Shown here in pieces: positions 49,501-62,600 of a stretch of 64,000 nucleotides of DNA. The DNA comes from Octopus sinensis (lineage: Eukaryota), in NCBI RefSeq assembly GCF_006345805.1, contig NC_043007.1, forward strand, positions 38,316,001 to 38,380,000, written 5' to 3'. Below the pieces are notes generated by a model. That model was not told where the DNA came from. It saw only the letters and a list, made by a program, of their open reading frames with translations, and searched no databases. The position numbers and the translations under genes are program-made. The first letter of the stretch is position 1; each line of letters opens with the position of its first letter.

Positions 49501-52500
49501 CAAAATGTGAAATAGATAAGATATTTTATTAGACTTATTAGTCTCCTCCTGGGTAGGAGTTTATCACAAATAATATTCCAAAATTATCTGGTACTGATCC
49601 CTAAACATCCAAGTTAACAGACTTAGCGAAACTAAGTTAACATTCTAAATACCCCACAAAACAACTGTAGAGGATTTAATCACAAACCCTTTTGATATAC
49701 TTTCCTTATTGATAAATAATACGCCAATTAATAGGAAGATCATTCTAAGATAGCTTTCACTTACTTTGTCTTAAAATAATTATTGCATAAGCCAATGAGC
49801 TGGCACCATATGGCTGCTCAAACAGCTGGAAATAGTGACCAAATAACAAATTACCATACTTAGAAAAGAAAAGATACATTTGATAATGTAGTTGTACATA
49901 ATCCTAAACAGATGTAATAGTCATGTCAAGAATATATTCTGATTATAGGTCTGTTTGATCAGAGTCACCCAGCTAAACAATGACAATAATGACGATAATT
50001 ATATTATTCAGTATTTCATAGACATATTAGTTCCTCCACTGTTAAAACTTGTTTTGTTTTTTGATGTTTTAGTCAGGAGGAAGGGCCTGTGTCCATGACC
50101 ATTGCAAGTGTTCCAATGTTGGCGGGGTCAATGGGTGAGATTTGATTTCATTCAGTAGCATGCATGTACACACACACACACACACACATATATACATACA
50201 TACATACACACACAAAGAAGGTGCTTTTAACCACAGATTCCCAAAATATTATATGTGGACTATTTGACCTCACAAGGCTCCCAGTAAAAAAAAACTTTGA
50301 CAATACTGAGTTAAAACTTAATGATACTAATGTACTAACAAGACACATTGTGGCTTGTTTAAAAAATATATCTGTGCATGTGTGTGTATATGAGAGAGAG
50401 AGAGAACTTGTTATAGAGTGGTGTTTAGGGCCGATAATAGAGGCAGTATTTCAAAAGTGAAAAATATCAATGAACAAACTGGCAGGAATCAAACTATACA
50501 TCTTTTGCTCTCTTGACAACTGTGCAATCATACATAATAATACTTGTTTCTAATTTAGACATAGGGGAGCAGTCAGTTCTATCGAGCCCTGTACTTGCAT
50601 GGCATTTCATTGTCTCAGGAGCGATGAATGGCAAAAGCTGATCTCAGTGGGGTTTGAACTCAGAACATAATAAAAAGCTGGAGCAAGTACATTGAGGTAT
50701 TTTATCTGACTGTCTAACAATTTTGCCAATCCAACAACCTTAATAACTAATTAAGGCATAAGGCCTCAAATTTTAGGAGAAAGGATTATTGGCTAAACTG
50801 ATTCTAGTACTTTTAGTTTATCAACCTCACATGGATGAAAAGCAAAGCTAACCTTTGATTTGAACTCAGAACATAAGCAGCTGAAACAAATATAGCAGGG
50901 CCCTAACAATTCTTCTACTATAGGCACAAGACCTGAAATTTTGAGGGGGTTTGATAGTTGATTACATCAACCCTGGTGCTCAACTTGTACTTATTTTATC
51001 AATCTCAGAGAAATGAAAGACGAAGTTGACCTCAATGGAATTTGAATTGACAGTAAAGAGCCAAAACAAATGCTGTAAAGCACCTTTTTTGGTTCCATTA
51101 TAATTGTCAATCCACCGCCCTAAATGATAATTTATGCACATGGCCAGCAATTTTGAGAGAAAGGGATTAGTCCATACCATCAACCCCAATACTTGACTGG
51201 TACTTATGCTATTGATCCCAATAGGATGAAAGTGAAGTTGGCTTCAGCAGTATTTGAAACTAGAATGTAGAGAGCCACAAGAAATACCTCATGGTATTTT
51301 GTCTCATGCTTTAATGACTGTCAGTCTATCATCCTAACAAATAATAATAGTTTCAAATTTGGGCACAAGGCCAGCAGGTTTGGTGGGAAGGGTATAGTCA
51401 ATTACATCAACATCAGTGCTCAACTGGTACTTATTTGATCGACCTCAAATGGATGAAGGCTAAAGTCAACTTGGCAGAATTTTAACTCAGTTTGTAAAGC
51501 TAGAAGAAATACTGCTAAACATTTTGTCCAGTATGCTAACGATTTACCACTTCATTACCATAATAATAATAATAATAATAATCAAAATGCTGGAGTTTAA
51601 CCCAGTTACCATAGTGTTTAAGTGAGTGAGATTACAACACTATTTCATGAATGGGAAGCCAGTCGAATGCAGAGTTAACTTCCGAGCCATTACTGAATCT
51701 CATTTACGGCCACATGGACTGGAGTAACATGAAATGAAAAGCTTTAGTATTTTGCTGATGAATACAATGCACCACCTGGTAAAAAAAAAAAAAAAGATGA
51801 CCAGTACTAGAATGTCTTTGATTATAGGTCTGCTGGATCAAGCTTAATGTGAGGTTAAAAAAAAAACAAAAAAAAAAACAAGTGATAAGTGTTGAATAAA
51901 GTAAACATATTTGAAAATACCTATATGTTCAATGACTCACAAATTTCAGACTCATTTACTCAAGGCAGTAATGATTGTAGCAAGGACTGCACACAGTGAG
52001 TGAAGGTACAATTACTAGAGCTACTTCCAGGGTCAATAGCAGCACTGTAAGTTAAATATGTTTACTCCTTAATTATACTGTATCCTTGCTCCAGTTAATA
52101 CAACTACTTCTAGCCATCCTGTGGTAACGTACTGACTTAAGACTGGTTGCTACGTTGAATAGGTCAAAGAGCTACATTGTCCAAACAATACACTACAAAG
52201 CATTAATGTTGTTGTTAGTTAGCCATAGGTCATCCCTGACCAAGCAGACCAACAATCAATAACATTCAAGCCATGATCATCCTGTCTTTCTAAGGGCGTC
52301 TAACACTGCATTATTTAGTGTGTTCTTTGTTGTTTGAGCTAGTGGATTTTATCTGAAGATTTGTGCTGGTATTTCTAGCATAGTAAGTAATCATGTAGTA
52401 GCTCCCTAATGTTGTTCTCGCACAGTGAGTACTGAATATGTAATTTAAACAACAGTCTTCAAATAAGAAGAAAGAGGGAAAGAAATATACAATATATATC

Positions 52501-52619
52501 ATGGAGTTATTTGCTGTCCCCTTATGTTGTTTGTGAGATTTTATAATAAAACCGTTTGGAATTACGGAGATGTACTTGCATAGCAAGTGACCTGATCTGA
52601 GATCATGCGCTGCAACGAA

Positions 52620-52861
52620 AACAATTGCAGCGTGGAGTGTGTTTATAAGCCATTTAAGGAACACACAAAAACCGTTAGATTCACTTCAACATTTAAATTT
52701 AATTTGTCATCAGATGCAGCACAGAATTTTGTCAGTGAACAGGTCGTGGTCTCAAAGCGACAAAAATATTTTGACAAATTAAATTTAAATGTTGAAGTAA
52801 ATCTAATGGTTTTTGTGTGTTTCTTAAATGGCATATAAACACCTTCCATGCTGCAATTGTT
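52620..52861. repeat. Inverted repeat, 90-bp arms, 62-nt loop
   Basis: 52620-52709 is the reverse complement of 52772-52861 with few mismatches. Confidence 0.9.
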
Positions 52862-53224
52862 ATAATAAAACCATTTTATTTTTAATATCTTTTCATCAGA
52901 AGGGAAGGTAGGAAGGAAGGTATCCTCAAACTGGAGGCCAAACAAAAATGCATACAACAGAGTGGACTATACTAAGAGCATCCGAGGTGGTAGATGATGG
53001 TATGACATATTAAGTCAACCACCCAAGTAGATCACAGCAGGATTTCAACTTAGAATGCAAATACACACATAAAGATTCTGCTAAATATACATAACAATGA
53101 ATGAAAAAGCCAGTTATGAATTATGAGGTAGAAGTTTAAAGGTATGTATCTTGTTGTAAAAAGTTTTAGCTATAGCACTGAATAGGTTTATGGCCATATA
53201 ATAACTTACACCTTTGTTGACTAA

Positions 53225-53621
53225 TCTATATATATAAAGCTGAAGTTGTCTGTGTATGGCAGGTTTGGTAGCCTTCAACTAACACTATCTCCACCGAGAC
53301 CCTGCGGTGCAAGTTGACCAAAATTGAGAGTATGATAGAAGAAGGCTTGCTCTTCCTTCCGTAGAAGGAAAAATTCAAATCGGACCATGTTAACACCAAA
53401 AATTATTTACATCAAAAAGGTGATTTTTTTCTATGAAAATCCCTATTTTTTACGATTTTTTTTACTACTGTGTCGCCATTTTACGGTGTATTTCAACCAG
53501 AAAAATGTTCACTTAAAGGGAATAACAAGCTACATAATGCAAAATTTTTACTTTTCAAAAACTCCAATTCTAAAGGGTCGAAAAGAAAACAAGCCCGAGC
53601 AACGCTGGGCTATACTGCTAG
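53225..53621 (+). mobile_element. Non-autonomous Helitron, complete
   Basis: A|TCTATATATATAAAGCTGAAG ... CCCGAGCAACGCTGGGCTATACTG CTAG|T. Confidence 0.75.
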
Positions 53622-54584
53622 TCATGGAACAAACAAAAAATTTTTAATCACAGTGTCTTTGTTTCTAAAATAAACAGTTATTTGTTAATAGTCATAATCT
53701 GAAGATAACTAATATGTTTTCTTGGCAAAACCAATTCCTCACACTGATCAGACATCTGAGTTAGTGCATTTAAAATGCACAAAAATATTCTGGACTACTT
53801 AAATAAAGGACTTTTTTTAAAGAAGTAAACCTTCATTTACCAACACTTTCTAGCAACTAGTTTTAGTTGAGGACTCCCCCATAACTTCTCAATCACTACT
53901 GCCTCTATCTAGACCCATATAATGCATCCATCTCTTTTCCTCTCACACATCCACTGTCTTAACTATCAGAGCTCAAATTAAACACTCTCCTTAATATTTT
54001 CTGCTTCAAATTATATTCCTGTGTAAAACTGCCTTTCTGTCAAGGTTTCTCCACAAACTTTCATGTTACACATTGGCTTCATTCATGTATTTTTAGCTCC
54101 TGCATTGATAAAACTTTTTAAAGGGATTTTGGGCATCGTTCCTTTTCTTCATAACAAATAAAAAACAGTCCCTAAACTCTTATTTTAGTGTTAATGTGTG
54201 ATCCTTTATCTTGTGAAAGAATATACCAAAATCTGTTGTTTGATTACTGAGACAATGTTAACCTTAGAGATTTGGATTTATGGCAATGTCCTATTACTAG
54301 AAATTATATTTGAATTCCCAATCTTATTTTTGTTCATTGTTTTTTTTTTTGACCACTCTAAATAGCAGCTGACCTTTGTAAATTGATAGTCTTTAAAAAG
54401 ACCCGAATCAACTATTGCTGTTTGTTTAGTGAATATAATTTAGAAATGCAGACAATACACAAGCCAGAATACTGCATGCACAAAAGTAATTCAGGATTAT
54501 AGGATTAGTAAAGAATCTGTTATAGATAAGGTGTCTCTTAGTAGAAAAAGATGTAGCTCACCAGATTTTATTAAAAATAATGCT

Positions 54585-54620
<36 letters not shown>

Positions 54621-57600
54621 TACTTGCACTGTTTGTGTCAAATTAATTAAGTCAAGTTAGAAACAAAGTTTTTGTTATTGTATTTGCTTAGAGATGTTAA
54701 ATAATTTAATCAGGACTAAACTATGAGCACTTCTATCATAGCCTGAGATTCTTACAATGATTTGTACATGGCACTAAATAAAACTCATTAATTACTACTG
54801 ACAGAAGTCGTAAAGTAACAGACTAAATGCCTGACTACATTTCATTACTTTTATATTTTGAATTCCAATGATATCAGTGTTAATAAACAAAGAGCTAGTC
54901 CTATACTGAGAGCAGTACATTTGATTATACTTACAAAACCAACAAGTTAGAAACTTGTGAGTTAATTGGTGACCTCACTAGTACCATGTACATCCAGTAA
55001 AGAAGTTCGTATTAGGAAGGGAATCCAGCCATTGAAATCATGCGAAAGCAGACATTGGAGCTTGGCACAGTCCTTTGGTTTGTCCAACCCATGCCAGCAT
55101 GGAAGACGGATATAAAATCATGATGATAATGATATTGCTAGCTGTATACAGGTGATCTGCTTTTATTTACAATTAGACAGACTCATTAGTGAGAGTGGAA
55201 AGAATGGCAGATCATGAACAAGTGCAACAATAACAAGAGAATGCAATCTGTCATCTGATCACCAAACAGTCTGACACCCTATCAACTGAGCCAGTCGAGA
55301 CTATGATGATAATGGATAGCCTTAGAGAGATATAGCTTACATAATGTTGATGTGTCAGAGAACTTGGTAAAAAAAAAAAACCTCTGCAAATCATTTAAAA
55401 GAAAAGGTCTATATTTATCCCCATCTGCTTCTCTCATCACATCTGGCTGATAATGGTGGTGGATACACTGAAGAAAAGGAATCTACCCTTAAAACTTTTG
55501 TTTCAGTTACGATGGTTTAATACACCTATCTCACTCTCACTCCTTTTCTCTTCCTCCTTATCATCATCATTCCTGTCAACTCTCCCTCCTCATCAGACTT
55601 TTCTAACTCATTATAATAGTCAATATCATAATTAGTAAATGCAATATTATTTTTATTATTTTCATTAGTAATATTAGCATGCACATTTTCTTCTACAGAT
55701 TTGCCAAACCATACCTGTACAAATTTTGGAAAGTACAAGAATTTTAGAAGCAAGGGCATGCATACATACATGCATATACACATACTCACACATATGTGTG
55801 TGTGTGTATATATATATATTTATATTTAGAAGAATAACAGTGGGTTCATAAAATATACAATAGGAATGATAGTAAGTTCATAAAATACACAACCTGATTT
55901 AATTTTTTTTTTTTTGTATTTTTCCAGAAAACGTTAGAAAAATGCAACAACATGCAATGAATGAATAACAAGAAATAACAATTAAAAATAAACAAGAAAT
56001 AAAGATAAAGACCAATCAACTCCTGAATAGAAGTTCATCTTTTTTTATACCATGGGTATTAATATGACTGATACTCTTTTCTAGCTTCTGTTGTGTTAAA
56101 CAGATGACAGTACAGAACAGGATTGGATACTAATCCAGAACAGGTAATTTATCCACAAGTTGATAGCTATTTTCCATAATTTTATAACAGGGATAATGCA
56201 GAATTACATTGCATACTTCTTAAAAAAAAAAAGAGTTGTCTGAGTCCTTAAAAAATCTAACTTATTTTTTAATAAGAAAATACGAGGGTAGTCTATATTT
56301 GAGAAAAAGGGCTTATCCCTCTGAATACATTTTGGTGTGATATTTCAACCAGATGAGCCAATGAGGTAGCCTCTCTCTAAACAACAGCTCAACCTACAAC
56401 TAGTAGCAGTTTCCTTCAAAGACATTTTCTTTTAATGAACCCTTTTTCTGGAGGTTCTATGACTGGTGAAAGAGAGGGAAGAATGTATCCTCAAACTATA
56501 GATTTGCTCTGACTGCTTGCAACAGAGTGAACATGGCTAAATACATCTAACACTTTTGTTACCAAATTCCTGTGGCAATACATTTTGTGAGTTCTGATTT
56601 GTTTTGAAAATAACAAATTAAATAAAATAATTCATTATTAAGTTGGTGTTTGGAACACAACATGAAATTTTGATGGAAAGTTTTAATACAGACCACATTA
56701 AAACAGAAAGCTTGTAGCAAAGAATCAGGATGAGTCTCGATCAGATCAGTATCAAAAAGGTTAAGGTGTATGTGTTAAACTGGGCAACAGATTAAATCTC
56801 TCATCCAAATAGGCCATGGTGGGATTTGATCTCAGAACACAAAAAGCCATCAAAAATACTGCAAGGCATCTGGCCTGATACATCTTTTTTATATCAATAC
56901 TGAAAGGACGAAAGGCAGAGGACAATCTTTCCAAGATATGAACTCAAAGTACAGATCAGTATAATTACTGCAAAGCATTCCAGCTGATGTGTTAATGGTT
57001 CTGCTACTTTTCCACTTTTCATAAATGGAAGAAGAAACTGAATAATGCATTCACATGCATGTGTGGTAGGAGTGCAACATATGGTGGTTGAGGTATTGTG
57101 CATGCTGCCACACCCAATACCACCAAATTTCAAGCAGGTGTATAACAAAAGGTTTCCATTAAGATATGTGATTAAATTAATGAGTAAAGTTAATATCTAT
57201 AATGAATTTGTCATTTTCGATGGGTGTGCAGCACACACCTGGCACACCCAGAATATATACCCCTGATATTTAACTTAGCTGTTCGGCAAAAGAGACCGAT
57301 AGAACAAGTACTAGGCCTACAAAGAATAAGTCCTGGGGTCAATTTCTTCAACTAAAACCCTTTAAGGCAGTGCTTCAGCATGGCCACAGTCAAATGACTA
57401 AAACAAGTAAAAGAATAACTATAAAACTATATTTGTACTTTGACTGACAGAATTAGTATGGTGCTTGATAAAATGCTTTGCAAAATCTATTAACAGTTCT
57501 TAATGTTCCAGATTACTGATGTCAGCTTTAACTTCAATGGTCAATTTAATGGACCATTTCAACCAAACCACAACACAACCCAGAGATCTCTGGTTCCAGA

Positions 57601-58889
57601 TATACCATGTCTGCCTAGCTGAGAATCATACAGCACATTTTGATATGCAGTGTGGCTACTCGTGACATATACTCCCTCCACTGTCCAGTCTGTAGGCTAT
57701 GTGTGTGTGTGGGAGGGAAGCAGAGGTAAGCATGATGGACTCTATCAGAATACAACTGCTGCTTGGGTAAATTCAGCTGACTGTTAGACATTCTTCATAT
57801 CCTGCTAGCATTAAGTGACTGACAATTATCTGGTAAATATTAAAATATCAGAAGCGATTTATAGTATATAATAAGGAGTCTAATTAGTCATGGAGTTATT
57901 CAGAAAATGATAGATACTATGTAAATTTATCACTAAACTCTCTTACACTTTCCTATCTCAAATCCGAGATTATAATGAACCCTTTTGTTACCACATTTCT
58001 GTTGAAAAACACTGCTTTTGTTTCAATTTTGAAAATTATGAAGTATTAGGTAAAAAAAATTTTTCCATCAGTTGGTTGGAAACAAATTAGCATGGAGTTT
58101 TGAGAGATTTTAATTTAGATCACTTTAAAAAATTAAGTTTATATAGAACCAGAGCCAGTTGCAGGTAGGTTAATATTAAAAGTGTTAGCCTAGTGGATTC
58201 CGCACCATAAGTCTTTTTCATTCTGAATTGTACTTTTGTTTCACTAATTGAAGCAATGTTTTATGGCTAGATGCCCTTCCTGTTTACCAACCCTTTTAAT
58301 CACCTCTTACAACATGCAGGGATATGGTGTACCTAGTCTACAATTGGGATATACACACTGAATCACAAACAGTACTTATTTGAGAATAATTATTGTTACT
58401 GTTGTGAAGTTGGCATTGTGCAAAGTTTTTTTTTTTTTTTGCAAAAATTAAATCTTTCGTTGATTTTATTTCTCTTTTTAACAGACATTGCTAATATTCT
58501 AGCGAATGGCATCAAACTATTTCAAACCTCGTACTTTGAATTATCTCTTGGCATTTCAAACATAAATGCTGCCAGAATCAACTTATCCTTCCATCACTCT
58601 AGAGCTAAAAGATCAACCTCAGTCATGTATCAAGGTTGATTTTATTATCTGTACTCCATCTCCAAAAATTGTGTGGCTCAGTGCCAATGTCAGAAAACAT
58701 CATCATCACTGTCTGCATTTTCATTAACATAAAATACAACATTCTATACACGTAGCTATTGTCCCAAGGAATAATTTAAATGCTACAACCATACAATTTT
58801 TTCTCCTCACTCTAAGATATTTAAACCTCATTTCTATATAGGGCAACCCTCATAATCATCATCATCATCATTAAAACAATCTGACTGAC

Positions 58890-58925
58890 CTCTGTTATAC
58901 TTTCTGGTAGAGTTACAGTAAAGAC
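58890..58925 (-). CDS. RPS6KC1: RPS6KC1 36-nt exon, probably exon 2 (VFTVTLPESITE), PX domain
   Basis: Strong polypyrimidine tract plus TTTCAG, donor GTCAGT, phase 0-0. Length and position match my recollection of the 12-aa vertebrate exon (VVSRRNPEDVQE) before the VWKRY exon. Confidence 0.7.
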
Positions 58926-59054
58926 CTGAAAAGACAAAGAAAAAATTATAAAATTATTATTTTGGAAGATGGTTGAATCTCCAAACAATATTCTTTTTCT
59001 TTTATTTAAACAATTTAACACTAACATTCTAGCCTAATATTAAGTGGGGGATGC

Positions 59055-59108
<54 letters not shown>

Positions 59109-59109
59109 C

Positions 59110-59655
59110 TGTAATATAAATATGTGACAATTATTCGGTTGCCTTAATAAAACTCCGAGTTTCGGATGTTGGGGCAGAAATCTGCTCCAGCATCTCATCA
59201 GTTATCAAGGCAATCAAAAAATGCTATGAAAATGACCGTTAAACAAAACGAAATTACTATGTTATTGACCGTTTTTAAGACAAAAGAGCTATTAGAATGA
59301 CCGTGAAATAAGGGGAGAAAGTAAAAAAAGTATAAAAGTAAAAATGCTGATAGAAATCGCGTATGCACGCATGTACGTACATACACATGCGTGCACATAC
59401 ACCCACGTACGTGTGCCTATATGCATATACTCACGTGAAACACATACATGTACACATATACATATCTGCACATGCACGCACACACACACACCTATACGTG
59501 TGTGGGGGGGGCTGCACATGTGTATATATGTACATGCATGCATACATAATTTCTATGGGCATTTTTACTTTCTTCCCTTCAGTTCTTTCCCCTTATTTAA
59601 CGGTCATGCTAATAGCTCTTTTGTCTTAACAACGGTCGATCACATTGATGAAATT
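59110..59655 (-). mobile_element. Probable Penelope-like fragment with hammerhead motif and inverted terminal segment
   Basis: Hammerhead next to the (TA)n at 59058-59108, plus about 95-bp inverted arms 59262-59357 / 59549-59645. Confidence 0.45.
59139..59213 (-). ncRNA. Type I hammerhead ribozyme motif (minimal, Penelope-like type)
   Basis: Minus strand: stem I UUGCCUUGAUAA, then CUGAUGA, stem II GAUG..GG.GCAG(AUUU)CUGC.CC..CAUC, then C GAAA, CUCGGAG, UU, and stem I' UUAUUAAGGCAA (12 bp, one G-U). One extra C precedes GAAA. Confidence 0.75.
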
Positions 59656-62600
59656 TGATGATGCAGATTTTTTAGAGCTGGATACTCATTGTCACCAAAG
59701 ATGATGATAATATATATTTTGAGACAGGAAGAGAGAAGCTGTGGGCTTGGTAAGCCACCAAAGAGCGCAGTAGCTCTTTTAACAACTGACAGCAGATATA
59801 AGGTGCCCTTTAGCTCTAGCACAAACACTATCTCTAGGCCAGTGGAATGTAAAATACAACCAAGTCCATGCTGTGAAGGGATAACAGAGAAGATAAACAA
59901 CCAGAAAAAAAATTAACAAAAAAGTTAAATATGATGACACTGAGATTTGTCTAATTCATGCAATTAACACAATAAACTGTGATTAAGTGGCTAACTGGCA
60001 AAGTATAGGAGAATACTTTACAGTACTTGTTGCAACTCTCTGTACTCCGAGATCAAATCCCACTGAACTTTGCCTTTGATTCAATCTAGTGTGGTGAATT
60101 GGTGGAACAGTATGAATAGCTGACCAGATGCCTTGCCATATTTGCTCCAGCTCTTTGTACTCTGAATTCAAATTCCACCAGAGTCTACTTGTTTTAACCT
60201 TTTAGTAATCAGGTTAAGCATTTTGTCTTATTTATTCACATTGTTTTGAATTAATCTTGCAGCTTTGATGTGACTGTTTGCTTTTAGAATGACATTGTAG
60301 AGTAGGGGGTGAGAGGCCAAATCTGGCCAGTTTAAACATTGAAGGTTTAACACCCCCATCTGGCATTTTAAGTAGCTTTAACAGAGTCTGCTCTGTTTTA
60401 AGAACTCAAACCTGGTCTCTGGTGTAAGGGTACCTTCCTCTTTCCACCCTCCCACCACCAGTTTCACAGGCCTTGTAAATTGGATATTACCTTCCTTCAT
60501 GGGTACTAAGTTCCTTCTCGATTAAAAAAGGAAAAGAAGATAAAAAATCTAATACATATCACAGATGTGACTGTAAATACATTCCAATACTGATCTGTAA
60601 ATAAAACAACTTAACTGTCATGTGTATGGATGACCCAAATAATGAGCTCATAGTTTTAAACTGAGAAAAAAAAAACAAAAAAAAAACACAACTAGACTTA
60701 ATGCAGGTATGGCTGTTTGTTAAGCTGTCTTAACAATACATGATTTAGATTTGGTCTAACTGCATGGTATTTTGACAAATGTCTTCTATTATAACTTCAA
60801 GATGACCAATGCCTTGCGAATAAAATTAATACACAGGAATTGTGTGAAAGTCTGTCATTTGTGTGTACATGCATGTGTGTTTGTTTAATGTGACTGCTGG
60901 CTTTACGTGAACAGAGCTTGAAAAATGGTATTATAGGTTTATGTTCAGTAACTTAGCAGTGCATTAAATACGGATTAATAAGAAAAGTACTAGACTTAAA
61001 TAACTACTATAGTCGATAAGATTGGTTAAAACCTACAAGGAAGTAACCCAGTGTAGTCACAGTCCAATGACTAACATGTGTAAAAGAGACTTCACAATCT
61101 AGTAGAATTAATCAAATAGCCTCAGTAATATATAATTGGAAATTTCAAAACAAAATTAAGCCACTATCATCACCACTTTTAAATGTCCATTTTTCCTTGT
61201 TTGGTATGGGTCAGATGAGATTCATCGAGGCAGATATTCTATGGCTAATTGCTTTTCTTGTTGCCAATCCTCTCGTTTCTAAGAAAGGTAATATTTTCAC
61301 CAAATCAGGATGTTTCCACAAAAGATAACAAACAAGTGTCACTGCTTATATGACAAAAGTTTGTTTCTGATTAATGCACAAAGTCTAGACAAGTAAACAC
61401 AAATGCAAATATATTAGATTTCTTCTGAGTCTCAGACTACCAAATTCACTTAGATTTGGTCAATCTGAGGCTCTAGAAGCAGACACTTGCTCAGAGTGCC
61501 ACACAGTGGTATTGAACCAAAAACCATGTGGTTGCAAAGTGGACTTCTTAACCACAGCCATGCTTGTGTCATATTTAGAACATTTAGGACAAAGACCACA
61601 TCTCCAAATATTCAACTCATAATTCAAACTGAACATATTCTGGTTACCAGTTCAACAACAACAACATATGTATTATTGCAAAACTCAGTTGTTAAGATGC
61701 TGGCTTGTTGATCAGAGAGTTGATGATGGTCCATATCCTGTCACAAATTTTGTGTCCCTAGATAAGTTCAGCTGGTTGAAGCAGTTGATACTTCTCAGTT
61801 TCAATGACTTCATAATTGTAGAAAATACAAAACTAAAACCAACATGGTTTTACCCCTGTTACAAATAAGAAGACTTGAAAGGAATTATTTATTAATTTTA
61901 GCCTTCAAACACTACCCAATCTTTACAGCTGTTATCTACCTCTCCTCCTCCATCACCAATCTCTTACTCCCCCATACACCCTTGCAACCTCTACCCACTC
62001 ACACTTCTGTTTCCTCTGTCTCCCCTCACTTCTACTACCTCAAAGATGCACCCTGAAACCTCAATATCACTATTTCTATCTTTCCCTGCTTCACTTCCAC
62101 CCTCTCTTCTAAAATGTGAGGAGCCATGCAGCTCTTCTACAGTGAGAAACCTGTTTGCCACCGGCCCCTTTTCTCATATCTTAACCCCTCATCTCCTAGC
62201 ATAAAGCCATCTTCCTAAGAGTTCATAGTCTCAAAAACTGCATGGCAACATCATTAGTGCTGGTGGCACAAAAATGCATCCAATACACAGCATAGAGTGG
62301 TTGGCATTAGGAAAAGCATGTGAAAGGGGACACTACAGTATCATGCAGTACTTGGATCAATCAGATCCTGCCAAACCATTCAACCCATGCCTGCATGGAA
62401 TATGGACATTAAATGATGATCATAATGGTCATAACTGCTTTTTTTTCAATATTTCTTAAAAGGAAAAAAATATTTAAAAAATTCTTTTCACCTTTTCTTG
62501 TCTTGTTCTTAATTGCTTTTAACTTCTCTTAACGTCCCTTAATTTATTAAGTTACAGTACTTCATCCATCTCCCTTACCTCTCCTACTAATGGTATTACT

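Noticed and set aside
48640-49700. Possible CR1/L2 LINE remnant
   Set aside because: Only faint motifs with conflicting orientation; not supportable by eye.
52728-52778. Hammerhead-like topology on the plus strand (UUUGUCA/UGACAAA stem, GUCGU/GCGAC stem, AUAU loop)
   Set aside because: The core reads GUGAACAG and AAAA instead of CUGANGA and GAAA; too many catalytic positions differ.
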